64,000 nucleotides of DNA, taken from the NCBI GenBank assembly GCA_963666215.2, contig CAXWPL010000005.1:384001-448000 (forward strand). Reading direction: 5' to 3'. Positions 59,020 through 64,000 of the stretch are shown piece after piece. Both the position numbers and the translations under genes were made by a program. The notes below the pieces were generated by a model. It was not told the origin of the DNA. It saw nothing but the letters and a program-made list of their open reading frames with translations, and searched no databases. Within the stretch, counting starts at the first letter, position 1. The number at the start of each line of letters is the position of its first letter. The DNA is from Acidobacteriota bacterium. Lineage in GTDB: Bacteria > Acidobacteriota > UBA890 > WLXD01.

Positions 59020-59645
59020 CTATTCGTCCGGCTTGAGCATGAAGACTGGATGTAGTGGCAACTCGGCCTTATCTTCGTCCTCAAGCCGTTCGTAGAATTC
59101 CTGCCACAGGGTCAGAAGACGAGATAGGTCGATCAGCTCGACGTGCACCTGCGACTCTCGCGCGCTGACCTTGGCGTCCGGGGTGAAGCCCCCAGTCGAG
59201 ACGAAGATCCCAACGTCTCCGCCCTTTTGCAGAATCCCATTAGCTCCCGGAGGTCCTTCACGGGCGCCTTGGTGTCGGGCCGATGTTTGACCTGTACCTT
59301 GATGCGCGGCGTCTCCGTGCCAAGGGGATCGCGATAGGCGACGATATCGATTCCGCCGTCCTTGCCTCGCGGCGCGACGAAGAGCCTGAAGTACCCCATC
59401 CCACGAAGCAACGCGGCCACTAGATCCTGGAACTCGTATGGGTTCTTCCGGAGAACGTGGCGCGTCAGGCTCGCGAGTGCCATCTCTTCGACTCGTTCCA
59501 AGGTGATCAGCTCATCGCGATCGGGATCTCTTTCCGCGTCGAGGTCGTCCGCATCGACTTCTGGCTTCGGAATAGATGTGCTTTCGGCCTGCCAAGGTAC
59601 AGGAATCAATGTGCGACAGACTGATTGGCTCGCACGGCCTCGCAT
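59020..59645 (-). pseudogene. Mrr-like (type IV) restriction endonuclease catalytic-domain remnant
   Basis: PYEFQDLVAALLRGMGY, DGGIDI, KVQVKH; frameshift near 59235, then GIFVSTGGFT...VELID; N-terminus absent. Confidence 0.85.
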
Positions 59646-59773
59646 GCGAGGGCGAGCTCGACGCGATCCTCGGCTGGCAAGCAGGGTTACGGACTGTCAC
59701 CAGTGGTGGCGCGGGCACCCTCCGCCCATACAGCGAGAACCTGACGGCCGCCGGGGGTGCGGACGATCCGTTT

Positions 59774-61141
59774 TCACCCCCGCTCCTCGGCGGGCTCTTC
59801 GGCGCCCGTGTCGGGCATGACCTTCACTCGCAAGATCTGAATGCGTATGTTGTCGACCTCGACGACCTTCAGGTCGAGGGAACCAACACGAGCGCAATCG
59901 CCGACGCGCGGTTGGCGCCCAATCTCAGAGAGCGCGATGCCGGCGATGGTGTCCTCGTCACGGTTGTCGATCTCGATGCCCAGCTCATCCTCGAGGTCGG
60001 CGAGCAGCATCGATCCTCGAACGTGATAGACGTTGTCACCCTGCTCGATCAAGTTGGGCGCCTCGGCGTCGAACTCGTCCTGGATCTGGCCGACGATCTC
60101 CTCAATCACGTTCTCGAGTGTTACCAGCCCGCTGACACTGCCATACTCGTCGATCACTGCCGCCATGTGCACCTTGTTGTTGAGCATGCGCCACAGCAGA
60201 TGCTCGAGCGACAGCGTTTCGGGCACGAACTCCAGTTTGCGCGCGACCTGGCGCAGATCCTCCGGCGTCTCATTCGCCCGGAAGACGTCCTTGATGTGAA
60301 TGAGGCCGAGGACATGATCCAGATCGTGGTCACAGAGCGGAAAGCGGGTGTGGCCGCTCTGCCGGGCAATCTCGAGGTTGTCTTCGACCGCTTGTGTGAC
60401 GTCCAGATGGACGACCTCGGCGCGCGGCACCATCACCTGGCGCGCGACTCGAGCTGAAAGCTCGAAGATGTTGTCGAGCAGCTTGCGCTTGCTTTCCGGG
60501 AGATCGCTGTCGGTGCTCGAGGCAACCAGACGCCGGATCTCGTCCGCATCGTGCGCCAGGTCTCCCTCTTCCAGCGGCTCGACGCCGACCGCCCGCAGGA
60601 TGGCATTGGCCATGTGGTTGAGGAGCCAGATCGCGGGATAGCTGATCGTGTAGAAGGCGTATAGCGGCAGCGCCACCCACAGGGTGGTGACCACCGGCCG
60701 CCGGATGGCGAGCGACTTCGGCGCCAGCTCGCCCAGAACGATGTGGAGTGTGGTGATGGTCAGGAAAGCAACCGCCAGGCTCACCGTGTGTCGCATGGTT
60801 TCGGTGATTCCTGGTAACAGCCGGAAGATCGGCTCGAGCAGGTGAGCGAACGCCGGTTCTCCGATCCAGCCGAGGCCCAGGCTGGCTACCGTGATGCCCA
60901 GTTGGGTGGCCGAGAGATAGGCGTCGAGGTGGCTGATCATGTGCCGAGCCACCTTGCCCGTCCTCTTGGAGACGTGCGGATCGATCTGCGTCGGCCGCAC
61001 CTTGACCAGGGCGAACTCGGCGGCGACGAAGAAGCCGTTGATGATGACCAGCACGACGGCGATCAGGATCCCCGTGAGAGGCGGCAGATCGAGAGTCCCG
61101 TTGGGCGGGGCCCCCTGAGCGAGCAACACGAGTGGGCTCAC
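59774..61141 (-). CDS. Hemolysin-family CNNM/CBS/CorC membrane protein
   Basis: NGFFVAAEFALV, TQLGIT, GELAPKS, GHTRFP, IDEYG, EEIVGQIQDEFD. Start uncertain. Confidence 0.92.
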   Translation of the reverse strand: MSPLVLLAQGAPPNGTLDLPPLTGILIAVVLVIINGFFVAAEFALVKVRPTQIDPHVSKRTGKVARHMISHLDAYLSATQLGITVASLGLGWIGEPAFAHLLEPIFRLLPGITETMRHTVSLAVAFLTITTLHIVLGELAPKSLAIRRPVVTTLWVALPLYAFYTISYPAIWLLNHMANAILRAVGVEPLEEGDLAHDADEIRRLVASSTDSDLPESKRKLLDNIFELSARVARQVMVPRAEVVHLDVTQAVEDNLEIARQSGHTRFPLCDHDLDHVLGLIHIKDVFRANETPEDLRQVARKLEFVPETLSLEHLLWRMLNNKVHMAAVIDEYGSVSGLVTLENVIEEIVGQIQDEFDAEAPNLIEQGDNVYHVRGSMLLADLEDELGIEIDNRDEDTIAGIALSEIGRQPRVGDCARVGSLDLKVVEVDNIRIQILRVKVMPDTGAEEPAEERG

Positions 61142-61375
61142 TGCCACCGAGGGGCCTGGGCGGCGCGGTGCTGCCGCGAGCCGGCGCTGGAGAAGGAGTT
61201 TCGAGATCGAGGCGGCGGGCGCCGAAATGCGCAAGGAGCCCGCTGCGCGTCTCCGGTCTCTGGTTGGCCCGCCGATTGAGGCGAATCGTCGTCGTTCACC
61301 ACAAGCAGACTGTAGCACTCCCGCGCCAATGAACGGCTAGCACGATCCTTCGCGAAACCTTCGAGGTTGATCTAG

Positions 61376-61539
61376 CAGGCTGCTGAAAAACTCCAGGTGT
61401 TCATGTAGCTTAACCTATGCAGCCCCGTGCCAACCGGAAGCATCGACGAGGTGAGCAGATGCGTGGTGAAGACGCGGGTCAAGTGGCAGCGTTCAGCTAT
61501 ATCTCGCCCGAGCAGAGGGTACCGAAGGACCATCCGCTG
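61376..61539 (+). mobile_element. Second, shorter left-end fragment of the IS5-family element
   Basis: CTAG|CAGGCTGCTGAAAAACTCC..., near-identical to 29358-29521. Confidence 0.92.
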
Positions 61540-61600
61540 TAAACGTAGAGTTCTCGTCGAGAGAGACTAGACGACCCGACCCCATAGAAGAGCGGACCCC

Positions 61601-62122
61601 TTGGTAGCGATCTCCCAGCAGTGCAGCGCCACTTCAAAGCGCTCCGGTAACCAGTGCCGTCGACGCGCCATCATCGGTGGCAGGGTCTGCCATATGCACG
61701 GAGGCGCCGCTCCCCAGGTCAAAGCGGCTGCCCGCGCACGACTCGCCGAACTCGTGCCGCCAGCGCTCGGAGTCATCGAGCAGATTCTCACCCGTCCCGA
61801 CGAGGATTCACGTCTCCAGCTCGCCGCAGCCAAAGACGTCCTGAAACTACCCACGAGCACATCGCCCTCTCCCGCGAGGAACCCAAAGGAACCGCGGCGC
61901 CGCGCCAATGCTCGAAGGGGGGGGTGGGGGTCGAAGGAGTCCCAAGCGCTATCCCTATTGGAGTACCAACCAGCACCGTGGCCCCCGTCAGCACTTTTCG
62001 CCGGGCAGCGGGGAGCCCCCTCGCGGGGGTCAACGCTCGACAGGTCCACGAGCCTCTCCTTCCTGCCCGTCTTCAAGGTGTTGGCCATCTCCCGCCGCAG
62101 CGGCCCGGAATCGCTCGGCTAG
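61601..62122 (+). CDS. Phage-type Cys/His (HGG-motif) small protein; 3' part doubtful
   Basis: QCSATSKRSGNQCRRRAIIGGRVCHMHGG followed by a helical segment; coding signal is poor after about 61850. Confidence 0.6.
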   Translation: MVAISQQCSATSKRSGNQCRRRAIIGGRVCHMHGGAAPQVKAAARARLAELVPPALGVIEQILTRPDEDSRLQLAAAKDVLKLPTSTSPSPARNPKEPRRRANARRGGWGSKESQALSLLEYQPAPWPPSALFAGQRGAPSRGSTLDRSTSLSFLPVFKVLAISRRSGPESLG

Positions 62123-62863
62123 AGCCTTCTCGGCCTCTTCCGCGCGTTTGATTCGCTTCTCTTGCTTGAGCACCGCCCGGTACGACCGCTCCAAGAGCAT
62201 CTGGATGCCGCCTGCCTTCCCGGCTACGAGCAAGGTGTCTACGTACCAATCGAGACCTACGAGCGAGTCGGGGTGCGGATCCAAGTAGAAGCCGCTATCA
62301 ACTAGCTTCTCAACGATCCGCCAGCGCAGCGAGGAGCTGAGCTGCTCCAGCCCTGATCGCCAGAAATCGGGGTCATTGATGTCGCCACTGTTCATCTGAA
62401 CAAACTTCGAAGCTAGCGTCGCTGCGCCGGTCTCCGCCGTTTGTGGGGCCTTGTCCCGGCCAAGACATTCCTCTAGGTAGGCGCGCTCAAGAACAGAGAC
62501 TGGAACCGATCGCTCCTCAATCACGGCGACTAGAGCGTCCGGCCAAGCGCCGATCTCCCGACGCTCAAGGGCACGCGGCTCTCCGAGGAGATCGGCCAGC
62601 GGTACCTCCAGGGCTTCTGCGATCGCCTCGAGTGTGTCGACGCTCGGCGACGACGGATTCTCGGTGTCCGGGTTCTCGATGCGGGCAAGTGTCGAGGCCG
62701 AGATGCGCGCCTTCTTGCTGAGAACACGCGTTGTGTCCCCCCTCTCGTTGCGCTGGCTCCGAACTGCGGAGGCGATGGCGAGCGCTCGGGCTCTCTGCCG
62801 GGCTCTCTGCCGGGCTTTCTGTCGGTCGGTTGCTGTCATCTCTGATGTCATGAATAGGTTCAA
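62030..62863 (-). CDS. XRE-family HTH repressor-like protein
   Basis: LSKKARISASTLARIE...PSVDTLEAIAEALEVPLADLLG. Confidence 0.8.
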   Translation of the reverse strand: MNLFMTSEMTATDRQKARQRARQRARALAIASAVRSQRNERGDTTRVLSKKARISASTLARIENPDTENPSSPSVDTLEAIAEALEVPLADLLGEPRALERREIGAWPDALVAVIEERSVPVSVLERAYLEECLGRDKAPQTAETGAATLASKFVQMNSGDINDPDFWRSGLEQLSSSLRWRIVEKLVDSGFYLDPHPDSLVGLDWYVDTLLVAGKAGGIQMLLERSYRAVLKQEKRIKRAEEAEKALAERFRAAAAGDGQHLEDGQEGEARGPVER

Positions 62864-62977
62864 CCTTGCGCTATCGTTTGAGGAAACAAAGAGCTATGAT
62901 CGTCTCTGCGGGGCCGGAGTTCCGATCTCGCGGACGATATCACCTCCCGCACCAGATTAGGAAGGTAGGTAGGCAGC

Positions 62978-63250
62978 ATGCGCGTCGGGAATCGGATTCA
63001 CGAGCTCCGAGGAACCACTCCGTTGCGGCTCATCGCGGCACGCGCTGATCTTCCCGAGACCAGCGTTTCCAGGGTCGCGGCAGGCGACGGCCCCGGACCG
63101 CTCGTCGCGACAGCACTCAAGATCGCTCGCGCCCTGCGGCGCCCAATTGGCGAGCTCTTTTACGCCGTCGAAGACGAATCACCGGCGGCGCTGGCCCCCT
63201 CCGATGATGGCGTCGCGGAGACGGCTAGCGAGCCGAGGCAGAGTCGCTAG
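62978..63250 (+). CDS. Cro-like small HTH protein, divergent from the repressor
   Basis: NRIHELR...IAARADLPETSVSRV...PLVATALKIARALRRPIGELF; AGGTAGG upstream. Confidence 0.8.
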   Translation: MRVGNRIHELRGTTPLRLIAARADLPETSVSRVAAGDGPGPLVATALKIARALRRPIGELFYAVEDESPAALAPSDDGVAETASEPRQSR

Positions 63251-63253
63251 ACG

Positions 63254-63883
63254 ATGGGGCGGTTGTTCGAGTGCACGGACCTCGATTTGCAGGATCTCGT
63301 CCTGAACGGGGAGCTCTCGCCACGGGCCTTCGACCTCCACCACTGGATGCGGTGCCGTGCTCGACGCTCCGCACCGCTCGGCGTGGTGAGGACATGCGCC
63401 CCCGATCTTGCTCGGGAGCGTGATCATTCTGTGGCGCAAGTTCACCACGACCTTCGGGAACTCGAGGGCGCCGCCCTATTGAAGCGATTTCGCACCGGAG
63501 GACAGCGCGGGCCGTACCCCATCGTTCTTGACCGGTTCTTCATCGAGCGGGACGGCGAGAGGTTCCGAATCGACGCTTCGAAGACGCACGACTGGCGCAA
63601 ACCGCACCTTGAGGCACTGCCAGCGCCGGGAAGGCGAACGAGCAGTCGACCCGTGGTCGAGGCAGAAGTCGAAGCGGCTGCAAGCGACCTCGCGCAAAGC
63701 TTTGACAACACGAGCCTTACAGGCGTTGCAACCAGCGGCGCGAACGTCGACGTGTCACTCGAGCCAAAGTCGGGCCGAGAGTCGAACCGGCAGGCCTATA
63801 AGGAAAACAAAGCTTCAAAGCTTCAAAGCTTCAAAGAAGCCGACGTCGCGCGCGCGCGTGAGGACCCGACGAGAAGACCATGA
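63254..63883 (+). CDS. Putative phage/satellite replication-initiator-like protein
   Basis: Directly after cro; N-terminal wHTH-like segment (LSPRAFDL...VHHDLRELEGAALL); internal A-rich tandem repeat. Confidence 0.45.
   Translation: MGRLFECTDLDLQDLVLNGELSPRAFDLHHWMRCRARRSAPLGVVRTCAPDLARERDHSVAQVHHDLRELEGAALLKRFRTGGQRGPYPIVLDRFFIERDGERFRIDASKTHDWRKPHLEALPAPGRRTSSRPVVEAEVEAAASDLAQSFDNTSLTGVATSGANVDVSLEPKSGRESNRQAYKENKASKLQSFKEADVARAREDPTRRP
63808..63836 (+). repeat. 8-bp tandem repeat (CAAAGCTT) x3.6
   Basis: caaagctt caaagctt caaagctt caaag; a further CAAAGCTT near 63695. Confidence 0.9.
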
Positions 63884-64000
63884 CGTCGTCGACGGCGAAC
63901 TCGAAGTCCTCGATCGACTCAACGAACTCGCTAGAACGACCTGGGGATCCGGTCCTGCCACGAGGTACTTGCGCGAGCGCCTCAGTGGGATCGGCGGACG

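Overview
GC-rich bacterial DNA from a diderm organism. An Oar-like TonB-dependent receptor, VPS10/BNR proteins and a wHTH-TM-PD40 regulator suggest Acidobacteriota (inference only). 1-21.3 kb is a secreted-hydrolase locus: three M28, one S8 and one S9 peptidase, a BNR protein, a metallophosphoesterase, a TPR protein, a TonB-dependent receptor and a membrane-anchored winged-helix regulator, with a perfect 23-bp hairpin in front of the receptor. From about 23 kb to the end the window is a mosaic accessory zone. It holds two tRNA-Leu remnants (+) and three tRNA-fMet remnants (-) that look like att scars of tandem islands, one intact IS481, one intact IS256, many IS and gene fragments, a SELENBP1/methanethiol-oxidase-like gene with a His-containing membrane protein and DUF1326, more peptidases and permeases, a B12-radical SAM enzyme, cysteine synthase, selO, an Mrr remnant, a CBS/CorC protein and the start of a phage- or satellite-like repressor-cro-rep module. 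I see no intact tRNA, rRNA or CRISPR array. Several genes carry frameshifts that could be decay or sequencing error. All family calls come from motif recognition by eye, not from database searches.
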